The notes: a model not told the origin generated them from the letters alone. Shown: positions 42,660-53,513, counted from the first letter of the stretch. The stretch: 64,000 nucleotides of DNA from an uncultured bacterium (GCA_964389325.1 CAYMEN010000003.1:62502-126501); one strand, 5' to 3'. A program made the numbers and translations.

Positions 42660-43271
42660 ATGAGTATCGATGTCGCAACCTTCACCAAGCAGCTTCGCGA
42701 GGACGGTATCGAAGCCGCCCGCCGCGAGGCCGAAAAGATCCTGGCCGATGCGAAGGCGAAAGCCGAACACGAGAAAGAGCAGGCGAAGGCCGCGGCCCGC
42801 CGCATGGTCCAGGATGGGGAGGCCGAGATCGCCCGGCACCGGCAGAAGGTCGAAGCCGAGCTCAGGCTCGCCGCCCGCGACCTGGTTCTCGACGTCAAGA
42901 AACGCCTGGAAAACCTGACCCGCGGCCTTCTCCAGCCGGTCATCGCCGAGAAGCTGTCGGCGGCCGACGTCGTCGAATCCTCCCTCCGGGAACTCCTGAA
43001 AACCCAGAAAACCGGCCGCGAATGGGAAGCGGCGCTCGGCCCCGTCGTCGGCGCGAAGCTGACCCAGGCCGCGCTGAGCGACCTGTTCAAAACCGCGGAC
43101 GGCCGCGTGAAGCTTGGCGAGGCGCTCAAGTCGGCCGGCTTCACCCTGCGCGACACCGCTTCCGGCGAAGTCGTCGAACTGACCGAAGCCTCGGTCGCCG
43201 ATGCCTTCGGCCGCCTGGTCGCGCCCCAGCTCCGCGCCCTCCTGGACAAGTCCGAAAACGCCGGAGCCTGA
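42660..43271 (+). CDS. atpE: V-type ATP synthase subunit E
   Basis: About 200-aa all-alpha, A/E/K-rich coiled-coil protein at head of V-ATPase operon; GAAGGAG RBS. Confidence 0.75.
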   Translation: MSIDVATFTKQLREDGIEAARREAEKILADAKAKAEHEKEQAKAAARRMVQDGEAEIARHRQKVEAELRLAARDLVLDVKKRLENLTRGLLQPVIAEKLSAADVVESSLRELLKTQKTGREWEAALGPVVGAKLTQAALSDLFKTADGRVKLGEALKSAGFTLRDTASGEVVELTEASVADAFGRLVAPQLRALLDKSENAGA

Positions 43272-43280
43272 GTCGCAACC

Positions 43281-43985
43281 GTGAGCGCGCGACTCTACTA
43301 CCTCCTTTCCGCCCTGCCGCCCCTGCCGGGGTTCGGCGAGCAGCTCCCGTGCGGCCTCGGCGACGTGCTCGCGGCCATGCGCGCGGAAGAGGACCCGACG
43401 CTCGACACCCTCGCGGACTGTTTCTCCGTCGAGCCGGCCCTGCGCGCGATGCAGAAAAGCCGCCTGGTCGGACATCTGCCCGAGCCGCCGGCCGACCTGA
43501 TGGAGCTTCTGCCCGACTGCATCCGGGAACGGGTCGCCGTCTGGCCGTCCCGCGAGGAGGAAGTCGCCTGGCACGAGAGCGTCTGCTTCGCCTGGTTCGA
43601 GTTCATGCACCGGACGGGCCACGCCATCGGTTCCAGACTGCTCCAGCGCTGGAGCGCCTGGGAAATGACCCTCGCCGTGTATCTGGCGAACGCTCGTGAT
43701 ACCGCGGAATCCGCCCCGGCGAAGGACCGCCCTGTTTCGCCTGAAGCCCCGGCCTTCGATTACGATGGGCTGGTGGCCGAATGGCACAACACCGCCGACC
43801 CGATGATCGGCGAGCACAAGCTCGACGAGGCCCGGTGCGCCTTCCTCGCCTCGGAATCGACCCGATACTCGTTCGAGATCGACGAACTCGTCTTCTACCT
43901 GCTGAAACTCAGACTGTTGTCCCGGTATGCCACTCTCGACCGGGGCACGGCGCTCAAGATACTCGAGGAGGTCACAGCCCTGTGA
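43281..43985 (+). CDS. V-ATPase operon-associated hypothetical protein (DUF2764-like position, as in Chlamydiae/Spirochaete V-ATPase operons)
   Basis: Located between subunit E and subunit A genes, exactly where the conserved hypothetical gene sits in Chlamydia and Borrelia operons; too short for subunit C. Confidence 0.45.
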   Translation: MSARLYYLLSALPPLPGFGEQLPCGLGDVLAAMRAEEDPTLDTLADCFSVEPALRAMQKSRLVGHLPEPPADLMELLPDCIRERVAVWPSREEEVAWHESVCFAWFEFMHRTGHAIGSRLLQRWSAWEMTLAVYLANARDTAESAPAKDRPVSPEAPAFDYDGLVAEWHNTADPMIGEHKLDEARCAFLASESTRYSFEIDELVFYLLKLRLLSRYATLDRGTALKILEEVTAL

Positions 43986-45721
43986 GCGTATCCGGACGCA
44001 TCGTAACGATATTTGGAAATATGGTAACCGCCGAGTTCGACGGCGCTGTCCGGCAGAACGCCGTCGCCTACTGCCACCGCGCCGACGGCGTGCGGCTGAT
44101 GGCCGAAATCATCCGCATCCGCGGGAACCGGGCCGACATGCAGGTCTTCGAGCTGACGCGCGGCCTCAAGGTCGGCGACACGGTCGATGTGACGGACGAG
44201 TTGCTCTCCCTCGAACTCGGGCCCGGCCTCCTCGGCCAGATCTACGACGGGCTGCAGAACCCGCTGCCGGTGTTCGCCGAAAAGGTCGGCAAGTTCCTCG
44301 AGCCCGGCAACTACTTCAAGCCGCTCAGCCGCGAGACGAAATGGGAGTTCACCCCGCTCGCGAAGACCGGCTCGACCGTTCGCGCCGCCGACGCGCTCGG
44401 CAAGGTGCAGGAAAGCATCTTCGACCATTACATCTTCGCCCCGTTCGATCTCGAAGGCGAGTGGAAGCTCAAGAGCCTCGTCGGGGCCGGGTCCTATACG
44501 ATCGAACAGACGATCGCCGAACTCGAGAACGCCGACGGAAAAACAATATCGGTAAATATGATAAACCGCTGGCCCGTCCGCATCCCGCTGACCCATTACG
44601 CCGAGCGGCTTCTGCCCGTGACCCCGCTGGTCACGAAGCAGCGCATCATCGACACGTTCTTCCCGATCACGCGCGGCGGCACCTACTGCATTCCCGGCCC
44701 GTTCGGCGCCGGCAAGACCGTTCTGCAGCAGATCACCAGCCGACACGCCGAGGTCGACGTCGTCATCTCCGCCGCCTGCGGTGAACGCGCCGGCGAGGTC
44801 GTCGAGACGCTTCGCGAGTTCCCGCACCTGACCGACCCGCGCACCGGCAAGACGCTGATGGAACGCACGATCATCATCTGCAACACGTCCAGCATGCCCG
44901 TCGCGGCCCGCGAGTCGTCCGTCTACACGGCCGTGACGCTCGGCGAATACTACCGTCTCCAGGGGCTTCACGTGCTGCTGCTGGCCGACTCGACCTCCCG
45001 CTGGGCCCAGGCCCTGCGCGAAATGAGCGGCCGCCTCGAGGAGATCCCCGGCGAGGAGGCCTTCCCGGCTTACCTCGAAAGCTCGATCGCCCGCTTCTAC
45101 GAGCGCGGCGGCTCGGTGAAACTGCGCGATGGCCGCGAAGCCTCGCTCACGATCGGCGGCGCCGTCAGCCCCGCCGGCGGCAACTTCGAAGAGCCGGTCA
45201 CGCAGGGCACGCTCAAGGTCGTCGGCTCGTTCCTCGGCCTGTCGTACGCCCGCTCCTACGCGCGCCGCTACCCCGCGATCGACCCGCTCGAGTCCTGGTC
45301 GAAATACCGCGGCATCATCGACGAAAAGAAGGTCGCCTGGGCCCGCTCGTTCCTGCGCCGCGGCCGCTCCGTCTTCGAGATGATGCAGGTCGTCGGCGAG
45401 GAAGGCACCTCGATGGACGATTACGTCGTCTACCTCAAGGGCGAGTTCCTCGACTCGGTGTACCTGCAGCAGAACTCGTTCGACGACGTCGACGCCGCCT
45501 GCCCGCCCGAGCGCCAGCAGGACCTGTTCGGCCGCGTCTGCCGCGTGCTCGAGCACGAGTTCTCCTTCGCCGACAAGGACGGGGCCCGCGACACGTTTTT
45601 CACGCTCACCGAGCAGTTCCGCAACTGGAACTACGCGAAGAGCGGCACGGATGCCATGAAGGATGCCGAAACGAAGATCGCGTCCTGCCTGCAGGCCGAC
45701 AAGGAGGCCGCCCATGCGTAA
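43982..45721 (+). CDS. atpA: V-type ATP synthase catalytic subunit A
   Basis: Walker A GPFGAGKT, non-homologous region, conserved A-subunit blocks; GTG start overlapping upstream stop. Confidence 0.95.
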   Translation: MSVSGRIVTIFGNMVTAEFDGAVRQNAVAYCHRADGVRLMAEIIRIRGNRADMQVFELTRGLKVGDTVDVTDELLSLELGPGLLGQIYDGLQNPLPVFAEKVGKFLEPGNYFKPLSRETKWEFTPLAKTGSTVRAADALGKVQESIFDHYIFAPFDLEGEWKLKSLVGAGSYTIEQTIAELENADGKTISVNMINRWPVRIPLTHYAERLLPVTPLVTKQRIIDTFFPITRGGTYCIPGPFGAGKTVLQQITSRHAEVDVVISAACGERAGEVVETLREFPHLTDPRTGKTLMERTIIICNTSSMPVAARESSVYTAVTLGEYYRLQGLHVLLLADSTSRWAQALREMSGRLEEIPGEEAFPAYLESSIARFYERGGSVKLRDGREASLTIGGAVSPAGGNFEEPVTQGTLKVVGSFLGLSYARSYARRYPAIDPLESWSKYRGIIDEKKVAWARSFLRRGRSVFEMMQVVGEEGTSMDDYVVYLKGEFLDSVYLQQNSFDDVDAACPPERQQDLFGRVCRVLEHEFSFADKDGARDTFFTLTEQFRNWNYAKSGTDAMKDAETKIASCLQADKEAAHA

Positions 45722-47048
45722 ATACTACACCCGCATCGACCGCATCGCCGGAAACGTCGCCATGCTCAAGGCGACCAACGTCGGCTTCGAGGAGCTCGCC
45801 ATCATCGAGGGCCGCGTCGGCCGCTCGCTCGCCCAGGTCATCAAGGTGTCGGGCGAGGATGTCTCGCTTCAGGTCTTCTCGGGAACCCGCGGCCTGTCGA
45901 CCGGCGACCGCGTGAGCTTCCTCGGCTCGGCGATGCGCTTCAGCTTCTCCGAAGACCTTTTCGGCCGTATCTTCACGGGCGGCGGCGAGCCGCGCGACGG
46001 CCGCAGCACCCTCACCGAGAACCTCATCGAGGTCGGCGGCCCGGCTGTCAACCCGGCCGTGCGCCTCATGCCCAGCCGCATGATCGCCACGAACATCCCG
46101 ATGATCGACGTGTTCAACACCCTCGTCGAGGGCCAGAAACTGCCGATTTTCTCGATTCCCGGCGAGCCCTACAACGAACTGCTCGCGCGCATCGCCCTCC
46201 AGGCCGAGGCCGACGTCATCGTGCTCGGCGGCATGGGCCTCAAATACGACGAATACCTGTACTTCAAGCAACGTCTCGAGGAAGGCGGCGCCCTGTCGCG
46301 CACCATCATGTTCGTCCACACCGCGTCAGACCCGGTCGTCGAGTGCATGCTCACCCCCGATATCGCCCTGACCGTGGCCGAACGGTTCGCCGTGCAGGGA
46401 AAGCGCGTGCTGGTGCTGCTGACCGATATGACCAACTTCGCCAACTCGCTCAAGGAGATCGCGATCACGATGGAACAGATCCCGTCGAACCGCGGCTACC
46501 CGGGCGACCTGTATTCCCAGCTCGCCTCGCGGTACGAGAAGGCCGTCGTGTTCGACAACGGCGGTTCGCTCACGACGATGGCCGTCACCACGATGCCGGG
46601 CGACGACGTCACCCACCCGGTTCCGGATAACACCGGCTATATTACGGAAGGCCAGTTCTACCTGAAGGGCGGCTGGATCGAGCCCTTCGGCTCGCTCTCG
46701 CGCCTCAAACAGCTCGTCAACGGCCGCACCCGCGACGACCATCGCGCCATCATGGACGGCTGCATCCAGCTCTACTCGAAATGCCGCGAAACCCGCGAGA
46801 AGCGCGCCATGGGCTTCGAGATGTCGCCGTGGGACCTGAAGCTGATCCGGTACGGCGAGCAGTTCGAACAGCGGGTGATGGACCTGTCGGTCAACAATAC
46901 GCTCACCGTCGCCCTCGACCGGTGCTGGGAACTCCTGGCCGAGGTGTTCGAGCCGCGCGAGACCGGCATCCGGTCGGCGCTGTGCGAGAAATACTGGCCG
47001 AAGAAGGTGGGCGCCGTCGTCGAGACCGCCGCCCCCGACGGTCAGTAA
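45714..47048 (+). CDS. atpB: V-type ATP synthase subunit B
   Basis: Conserved B-subunit sequence (no functional P-loop: GMGLKYDE...), follows atpA. Confidence 0.95.
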   Translation: MRKYYTRIDRIAGNVAMLKATNVGFEELAIIEGRVGRSLAQVIKVSGEDVSLQVFSGTRGLSTGDRVSFLGSAMRFSFSEDLFGRIFTGGGEPRDGRSTLTENLIEVGGPAVNPAVRLMPSRMIATNIPMIDVFNTLVEGQKLPIFSIPGEPYNELLARIALQAEADVIVLGGMGLKYDEYLYFKQRLEEGGALSRTIMFVHTASDPVVECMLTPDIALTVAERFAVQGKRVLVLLTDMTNFANSLKEIAITMEQIPSNRGYPGDLYSQLASRYEKAVVFDNGGSLTTMAVTTMPGDDVTHPVPDNTGYITEGQFYLKGGWIEPFGSLSRLKQLVNGRTRDDHRAIMDGCIQLYSKCRETREKRAMGFEMSPWDLKLIRYGEQFEQRVMDLSVNNTLTVALDRCWELLAEVFEPRETGIRSALCEKYWPKKVGAVVETAAPDGQ

Positions 47049-47066
47049 CGCCGGAGACCGCCGCAG

Positions 47067-47681
47067 ATGGCTGAAAAGATCAAGAAAACCCGTCCGGAAC
47101 TGCTGAAGCAGAGACGATCGCTGGCCTTGTTCCAGCGGTTTCTGCCGACGCTCCTGCTGAAGAAACAGCAGATCCAGATGGAGATTCTGAAGGTGCGCAC
47201 GCAGCGCACGCGCATCCGCGAGGAGATCGACCGCATGGTTCGCCAGATCGAGCCGTGGCTCACCCTCTTCAGCGAGGATCTGCCCGGACGCGTGACGGAC
47301 CTGGTGCGCGTGAAGCGTCTCGAGCGCGGCGAGATGAACGTCGCGGGCATCCGCCTGCCGGTCTTGCGGCAGGTCGAGTACGAGATCGCCCCATACAGCC
47401 GGCTCGTGATGGCGGCCTGGGTCGATGCCGGCGTCGAGTTCGTGAAAAACCTGCTCCAGGAACGGGAACGGCTCAGAATCCTCGTCGAGCAGGAACGGCT
47501 GCTCCAGTCCGAACTTCGCAAGGTCACGCAGCGGGTGAACCTCTTCGAAAAAGTGATGATCCCGCGTGCGAAGGAGAACATCCGCACGATCCGGATCAAC
47601 CTCGCCGAAGAACAGACGGCGGGCGTCGGCCGCTCCAAGATTGCCAAGGGGAAATCCGCCGTCGGGGAGGAAGGCGCATGA
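47067..47681 (+). CDS. atpD: V-type ATP synthase subunit D
   Basis: About 200-aa coiled-coil central-stalk protein with typical N-terminal KxxLxxL heptads. Confidence 0.85.
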   Translation: MAEKIKKTRPELLKQRRSLALFQRFLPTLLLKKQQIQMEILKVRTQRTRIREEIDRMVRQIEPWLTLFSEDLPGRVTDLVRVKRLERGEMNVAGIRLPVLRQVEYEIAPYSRLVMAAWVDAGVEFVKNLLQERERLRILVEQERLLQSELRKVTQRVNLFEKVMIPRAKENIRTIRINLAEEQTAGVGRSKIAKGKSAVGEEGA

Positions 47682-49432
47682 TCCAGGAAATGCGTCGCGT
47701 GTATATCGCGGCCCGCCAGGGTGATCGCCAGTCCGTTCTCGCGGCCCTGTTCGCCGCCGGTGTCGTGCATGTCGAACCGGCCCGCCCCGACGCGGTGAAG
47801 CCATCCGCCGAACTGGCGCATGACCTGGCCCGAGGCGAGAAAGCCCTCCAGGCGATCGATGCCGTCGAACCGTCTGTCGACGCCGTCGCGGCCCCCCCGG
47901 GAACCCCGGCGCGGCTGATCGACGAGGTGCATGCGCAGCTCGTCCTGATCGAACGCCTCCACACGGACCGCCAGGAACTCAAGCGGGAGCTCGCCCAGGT
48001 GAAGCCCTGGGGCCGCATCAGCCAGGCGGATCTGGAAAAGCTCGTCGCGGCGGGACTTACCATCCGTTTCTGCATCTGCCCCCCGGCGTATATCGCTGAC
48101 TCTATAACTGCTGATATTATACAAGGAATCAACGTTGCGGACGGCGTGCTGGCGGTTCTCGCCGTGAGCCGCGGTTCCGTCGAGGTCAGGCCCCCCGCGC
48201 AGGCGGTTCCCGTCCCGTCACGGGACGCCACGGAGATCGAGGCGGCTCTCGCCACGCTCAAGGAGGAGGAACGGCGCCTGTCCGGCCAGCTCCGCGAACT
48301 CGCCATGCGGCGGGAGGACGTGCGGAGCTATCTGGCCGAACTGAAAGAGCGCATCTCATTCCAGACCGTCGAGGCCGGGCTTGCCGAAGAAGGCCCCGTT
48401 TACATCATGCAGGGCTGGGTGCCGGAAAATCACGTCGAGGCGCTTCATACCGCTCTCGAGGGAACCAGGCTTCCCATCGGTGTCGTGACGCAGGCGCCGG
48501 CCGCCGACGAGGCGCCGCCGACGGCATTTTCGAACTCGCCCTGGGTGCGGCCCGTCGAGTGCCTGTTCTCCCTGCTCGGCGTCACGCCGGGCTATCGCGA
48601 GGCCGACATCAGCCCGGCGTTCCTGCCGTTCCTCACGATCTTCACCGCCATGCTCGTCGCGGACGCCGGATACGGCATCGTGGCGCTCGTCGCCCTGCTG
48701 GCGGCCCGGAAGCCCCTGATCTCGCGGGGCGTGCCGGAACAGGTGCTGACGCTGTTCACGATCCTGTTCGCGGGGGTCGCTGGGTGGGGCGTGTTGACGA
48801 ACGCCTGGTTCGGGGCGCCGCTGATGAGCAAGGCGCTGATCCTGACCGGCGACCAGCAGAAGGACGAACTGTTCCTGAAACAGCTGTGCTTCCTCATCGG
48901 CGCCGTTCACCTGACGGTCGCGCACGTCTGGAAGATCCGGCGCGCCGCGCTCGGTCTCACGACGATCGCCGAGGCCGGGTGGGTGCTGTTCATCTGGGCC
49001 ATGTGGGCGCTGGTCGAAGTGCTCGTGAATGGCAGCCCGGCGCCGTTCTGGATGCTGCCGCTGTTCGGCGTGTCCCTGTTCATGATCGTCCTGTTCACGG
49101 ATTTTTCGTGGAACCTGTTCGCGGCGGTGGGAAAGGGGCTCGGCGCCGTCGCTCTCAACGCGGCGGGTTTCCTCGGGGATATCATCAGCTATATTCGCCT
49201 CTGGGCCGTCGGGCTTGCCGGAGGCGTTTTGGCGGCGAGTTTCAACGAGATGGTGCGGCCGCTTCCCCTGCTGCTCGTCGTCGTGATCCTGGTGGCGGCC
49301 CATCTGCTCAACTTCGCGCTCGGTCTCGTCGCGATCTTCGCGCATGGGGTGCGGCTGAACCTTCTCGAGTTCTCGAATCATCTCGGTATGGAATGGACGG
49401 GGCGCGGATACGACCCGTTCGGGAAAAAGTAA
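47678..49432 (+). CDS. atpI: V-type ATP synthase subunit I (a-subunit, membrane sector)
   Basis: About 580 aa; cytoplasmic N-terminal coiled-coil half and polytopic C-terminal half with conserved Arg-containing helix (IISYIRLWAVGLA); ATGA overlap with atpD. Confidence 0.85.
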   Translation: MIQEMRRVYIAARQGDRQSVLAALFAAGVVHVEPARPDAVKPSAELAHDLARGEKALQAIDAVEPSVDAVAAPPGTPARLIDEVHAQLVLIERLHTDRQELKRELAQVKPWGRISQADLEKLVAAGLTIRFCICPPAYIADSITADIIQGINVADGVLAVLAVSRGSVEVRPPAQAVPVPSRDATEIEAALATLKEEERRLSGQLRELAMRREDVRSYLAELKERISFQTVEAGLAEEGPVYIMQGWVPENHVEALHTALEGTRLPIGVVTQAPAADEAPPTAFSNSPWVRPVECLFSLLGVTPGYREADISPAFLPFLTIFTAMLVADAGYGIVALVALLAARKPLISRGVPEQVLTLFTILFAGVAGWGVLTNAWFGAPLMSKALILTGDQQKDELFLKQLCFLIGAVHLTVAHVWKIRRAALGLTTIAEAGWVLFIWAMWALVEVLVNGSPAPFWMLPLFGVSLFMIVLFTDFSWNLFAAVGKGLGAVALNAAGFLGDIISYIRLWAVGLAGGVLAASFNEMVRPLPLLLVVVILVAAHLLNFALGLVAIFAHGVRLNLLEFSNHLGMEWTGRGYDPFGKK

Positions 49433-49444
49433 GGAGCTGAAACC

Positions 49445-49942
49445 ATGATTGAACTGCTTGGCAAGTTTGCGTGTGGTCTCGTTCTCGGCCTTGGCGGCAT
49501 CGGAAGCTGCCTCGGTATCGTCTCCGCCGGCACGGCGGCAGCCGGCGCCTGGGCAAGCGAAGGAAAAGCAGGCAGGAACCTGTCGTTCCAGTACATCATC
49601 ATGGTTGCGGCGCCCATCAGCCAGACGCTCTATGCGATGATCGTCATGCTGACCATGATCAAGGTTGCCGGCAATCCCGAAAACGCCCTGCTGTGTCTCG
49701 GCGTCGCCCTCGGAACCGGCATCATCGAGCTTTTCTCGGCCTGGTATCAGGGCCTCATCGGCGCCGCCGGCATCCGCGCGATGGTCGAGAATGGCGGCAA
49801 GGGATTCGGCCTGCTGATCATCGCCCTCGGCATCATCGAGACCGTCGGGATCTTCGGCATGGTGTTCGGCCTCCAGATCCTCAACTCGCCGCTCGCGAAA
49901 GCGATCGCCGAAGCCGGCGCCGCGGCCGCCGGAGCGCAGTAA
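49445..49942 (+). CDS. atpK: V-type ATP synthase proteolipid subunit K
   Basis: 4-TM glycine-rich proteolipid with conserved Glu (IIETVGIFG). Confidence 0.9.
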   Translation: MIELLGKFACGLVLGLGGIGSCLGIVSAGTAAAGAWASEGKAGRNLSFQYIIMVAAPISQTLYAMIVMLTMIKVAGNPENALLCLGVALGTGIIELFSAWYQGLIGAAGIRAMVENGGKGFGLLIIALGIIETVGIFGMVFGLQILNSPLAKAIAEAGAAAAGAQ

Positions 49943-49985
49943 GTTTCCTCTTCGGCGAAGCGCTTCCCGCTTCACCGGTCTCGAA

Positions 49986-50027
49986 CATCGGGTTTTTCGG
50001 GCAAACACCGGAAAACCCGATGTTTTT
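49986..50027 (+). terminator. rho-independent terminator of V-ATPase operon
   Basis: CATCGGGTTTTTCGG gcaaaca CCGGAAAACCCGATG followed by TTTTT. Confidence 0.7.
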
Positions 50028-50072
50028 GCGTGAATACTGCGCGCTGTTGCTAAAGACCGTGACGGGGCCGTT

Positions 50073-50580
50073 TCACTGACCGGCCCGGAGCGGCTGCTTC
50101 TCGACCTTGATGTTGCCGATCCAGACGGTTCCGGGGCCATCGAGAACGAGGTTCAGGATGATCTTCCGGACCGATACGCCGGGCTGATTGACCGCGAACG
50201 GGATTCTCACGGTTTTCCAGTCGGAATCCCCCGATACGACCTGATCGAGTCCGCGGGAGAAATAGCGACCTTGTGGCTCGGTTTCCACCCACATCTCGAG
50301 AAGCGCCCCGTTCGCGACACCCTGTGTTTTCAGATCGGCCTGGAACCAGATAGTGGCGTTCTCGATGTGCTGCGATTCGATCTCTCCGACGCAGATCTGG
50401 GCCGAGTGGGGCGAGGAGAGTTTCAGGGAGCTTTTGCCGGCGATCTTGGTCGTCTCGTCCAGGACGATCCTGGTTTTCACCTGGTCGAGGGAATCGAACG
50501 CGATCGTCTGAATCTCCTGGGAAAAAGACGGGCCGCAGGTCAGGAGAAGGAGAAGAAGCGGAGCGAGAATTTTACTCATG
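50073..50580 (-). CDS. hypothetical secreted protein (169 aa)
   Basis: Signal peptide MSKILAPLLLLLLTCGPSFSQE; directly downstream of the 951-aa gene on the same strand. Confidence 0.45.
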
Positions 50581-50657
50581 TGAGCCTCCGGAAGGTGAAT
50601 ATGAGGAATCATCAGCCTGGTGCCGGCTGTCTTCCCTGGTCGGGGCAATCGCCTGCA

Positions 50658-53513
50658 TCAGGCGTGTTTGCGGAAGTGCCGGAGCCAGGCGAGGAATTTT
50701 TCGGTCTGGGAGCCGATCAGTTCGGTCAGGAGAATCGCCTCGCGGTCCTGGTAGTTCTTGAGGGCGAACTCCGACAGCAGGTTGAGGCAGCCGGGGTCGC
50801 TGAACAGTTCGAGCAGGCGGTCGAAATGATGCCTGAACTCCTCGGCCTTTTTCTGCCGCTCCTCGGTCGAAAGGCTGGGACGACGCAGTTTGAGCCGCTC
50901 GAGGAGGGACAGCGGCTGGTTGAACAGCTGGGAGAGGCAGGTCGGGCCCCGGGGCTGGCGCGCCCAGATATACAGGATGTCGAGCATCGCGGTGAGCCGC
51001 ATGTCGCGATCGTGCGAACTCAGGCGCGGAAGCAGTTCGCTGAGGTCGCGCTTGCGGATGACGACGCGCTGTCTGTATTTCCCGAAGCCTTCGATGAAGC
51101 CGCCGACGACGTCCGACCAGAGTTTCGCCTGGACGATGCTCGGGATGCCGATCAGGTTCCCGATCGGCGCGAAGGCCGTCGCGAACGGCCAGGCGAGCAC
51201 CGTGCGGAAGAAGTTCGCCCGGATGACGCGTCGGTCGAAGTTGCGCAGCCTGTTGTGGGTGCTGATGTAGATCCCGTTCGCCATGCACAGGAAGAAAAAC
51301 TTGGCGGCCTCGAACAGGAAGCCCGCCTTTTCGAGCGGCCAGCTGTCGTCGAACGCGATCTTCACGAAGCCGAGGATCGGGACACTGAAACCGGTCCAGA
51401 ATAAAGACTGTGATATATTATCAAAGTTGACGTTGCGCAGGCTCCAGTTCCGGATGAGGATCCCGGAGCTGGCGAGCAGGTCGACCAGCATGTTCCGGGT
51501 GCCGGTGATCAGGAACCAGATCACGGCGAACATCACGCCGGCCAGCTGGCCGAACTGGTAGTTCATGAACGAGAACGCCACGATGAACCCGATGGCGATG
51601 CGCCAGAGGCTCTTGAGGCCGGGGTTCACATACGCCCAGAACTCGCCGGGCGGAACGAGGTCGAGCGCTTCCTCGTCTCCGACCAGGTTCCGGAAGGGCT
51701 TGCCGATTTTGCCCATGCAGACGACGTCCGACCCGCTGCCGATCGGCGCATCGGGGCTGTCGTCCTTCTTCCCGTCGTGGATGACGAGGTCGGCGATCGG
51801 CCGGGGGACCTTGTAGTGTGACTCGAGAAACTCGGGGCGCACCGACTCGGGAATGTCGCTGACCTTGATGAAACCCATTCCCGGGATCGTCGGGTCGCGG
51901 CCGGTCGAATCGCTGCCGCAGACCGGGATCAGCGGCCGGCGCGCGGTGAGTTCCCGGGCCTTTTGCACCTGCTGCCGGACGCCGCCCGTGATCCCGTGCT
52001 GTTCGAGGAAGTTCACGACGTCGTCCTCGGTGCCGTTGTTGAGCAGGTAGACGAACTTGTTGAAGATGATCAGGTCGTTCGGGTTGCGCGCCGAGCTGTC
52101 GCGCAGGTTCAGCGTCTCGATGTGCGAGATGCGGGCGATGTGCTTGAGCAGGTGCTGCATCGAGTCCTTGAGCCCGATCTCGAGGGGGTGGATCATGACG
52201 ATCCGGCCGCCCTGGCCGATCAGGGTGTCGAGTATCGGCTCCTCCTCGGCGAACTCGCTGTCGTAATCGACGACGTCCCGGCCCTCCATGTAGGAGGCCC
52301 GCAGGCTTTCCGGCGTCATCGTCTCGTACTGCTCGCGCACGGCCTCATACTGCGACGAGATGTTCTTGAACTCCCACTCGCTGTAGATGCCCCGCGTGAG
52401 GCGGTCTTCGGCGGCGAGCACCTGCGCCTTCAGCTGGAGGACGCGGCGCTGGAGGATGTCGCGGAACTTCTGGAACAGCAGTTCGCCGATATGGACTCTC
52501 GAAATCTGCCCGCACGCAACGATCCGGTCGAGCTCCTCGAGGGTGAGCGGCGGGAACCAGCAGGGGCTGTCGGGTTCCCAGCCGGAGTTGAGCCGTGGCC
52601 GCTGGAGCGTGTTGAACCGCTCGACGGCGGCGACCATCGTCTTGTGGCGGCTCGCCGCGTTCGTGCGGAGGCCGCTCAAAAACGGGGTGAAAATCATCCG
52701 GCGCTCGTCGAAAAACGCGAAAAACGCTTTGCTGTCGGCGGTTTCGGGCGGCACGTACATGTAGTGACGCCGGGCGCCGCTGTGGCCGACGCTGAACTCG
52801 ATACCGATGTTCACCTTGATGCCGAGAATGTTGCCGGCGGTGATCGCCTCATGGATCATCCGGCGCTCGTCGAGGTTCGAATACACGATGGTGAGCCGGG
52901 AAATGCCCTTCACGAAAGCGTCCAGCAGCACCTGCGTCGGGGTCTTGCGGCCTTCCGACAGGAAGTCGTGAACGTGGTCGTCCCAGCCCATGTTCAGCTC
53001 GCGGAGCGGCTTTTCCTCTTCGGGGACTTCGACCAGGTGGAGTTTGTTCAGGAACCGGCGGACGACCGCTTCCTGCCCGAACGAGACCAGGCCGAAGTCG
53101 GCCATGGCTTCCATCTGGCGCCGGCGGTTGCTGCGCGATTTGACGACTTCCTTCATCAGGTCGATCTGGATGCGCGCCGTGTTCAGCGGCATGTTGATCG
53201 TCTTCGCGTGGAGGGACTGGTCGACCATCATCGAGAGGGCGGCCAGCCGCTCCTCGGCGGAGTTCGGAGAAAGGTCACGCGCGATCTTGATGTAGGCGCC
53301 GGCGATGCTGAGACGCCGCTTGCCGAAATCGCGAACGAAGCCGCCGGGGTGGGAGAGGTGCCGGACGTTCAGCCGGGTCGGGGGTTCGTCGAGTTTGTGG
53401 TTGACGGCATCGACCAGCGACTCGATTTCGTTGTTGAAGCTCAGCCACTCGATCAGGCTGGACAGCAGACCGACAGCCGTGTCGTGGGATGTTTGCAGCA
53501 GCCAGCGGAGCAT
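50658..53513 (-). CDS. large hypothetical membrane protein (951 aa): about 600-aa soluble N-terminal region, then a multi-TM block, then a C-terminal soluble region
   Basis: Continuous ORF with coding GC3 bias; hydrophobic helices between about residue 600 and 800 (e.g. WRIAIGFIVAFSFMNYQFGQLAGVMFAVIWFLITG); no motif recognised. Confidence 0.5.
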   Translation of the reverse strand: MLRWLLQTSHDTAVGLLSSLIEWLSFNNEIESLVDAVNHKLDEPPTRLNVRHLSHPGGFVRDFGKRRLSIAGAYIKIARDLSPNSAEERLAALSMMVDQSLHAKTINMPLNTARIQIDLMKEVVKSRSNRRRQMEAMADFGLVSFGQEAVVRRFLNKLHLVEVPEEEKPLRELNMGWDDHVHDFLSEGRKTPTQVLLDAFVKGISRLTIVYSNLDERRMIHEAITAGNILGIKVNIGIEFSVGHSGARRHYMYVPPETADSKAFFAFFDERRMIFTPFLSGLRTNAASRHKTMVAAVERFNTLQRPRLNSGWEPDSPCWFPPLTLEELDRIVACGQISRVHIGELLFQKFRDILQRRVLQLKAQVLAAEDRLTRGIYSEWEFKNISSQYEAVREQYETMTPESLRASYMEGRDVVDYDSEFAEEEPILDTLIGQGGRIVMIHPLEIGLKDSMQHLLKHIARISHIETLNLRDSSARNPNDLIIFNKFVYLLNNGTEDDVVNFLEQHGITGGVRQQVQKARELTARRPLIPVCGSDSTGRDPTIPGMGFIKVSDIPESVRPEFLESHYKVPRPIADLVIHDGKKDDSPDAPIGSGSDVVCMGKIGKPFRNLVGDEEALDLVPPGEFWAYVNPGLKSLWRIAIGFIVAFSFMNYQFGQLAGVMFAVIWFLITGTRNMLVDLLASSGILIRNWSLRNVNFDNISQSLFWTGFSVPILGFVKIAFDDSWPLEKAGFLFEAAKFFFLCMANGIYISTHNRLRNFDRRVIRANFFRTVLAWPFATAFAPIGNLIGIPSIVQAKLWSDVVGGFIEGFGKYRQRVVIRKRDLSELLPRLSSHDRDMRLTAMLDILYIWARQPRGPTCLSQLFNQPLSLLERLKLRRPSLSTEERQKKAEEFRHHFDRLLELFSDPGCLNLLSEFALKNYQDREAILLTELIGSQTEKFLAWLRHFRKHA

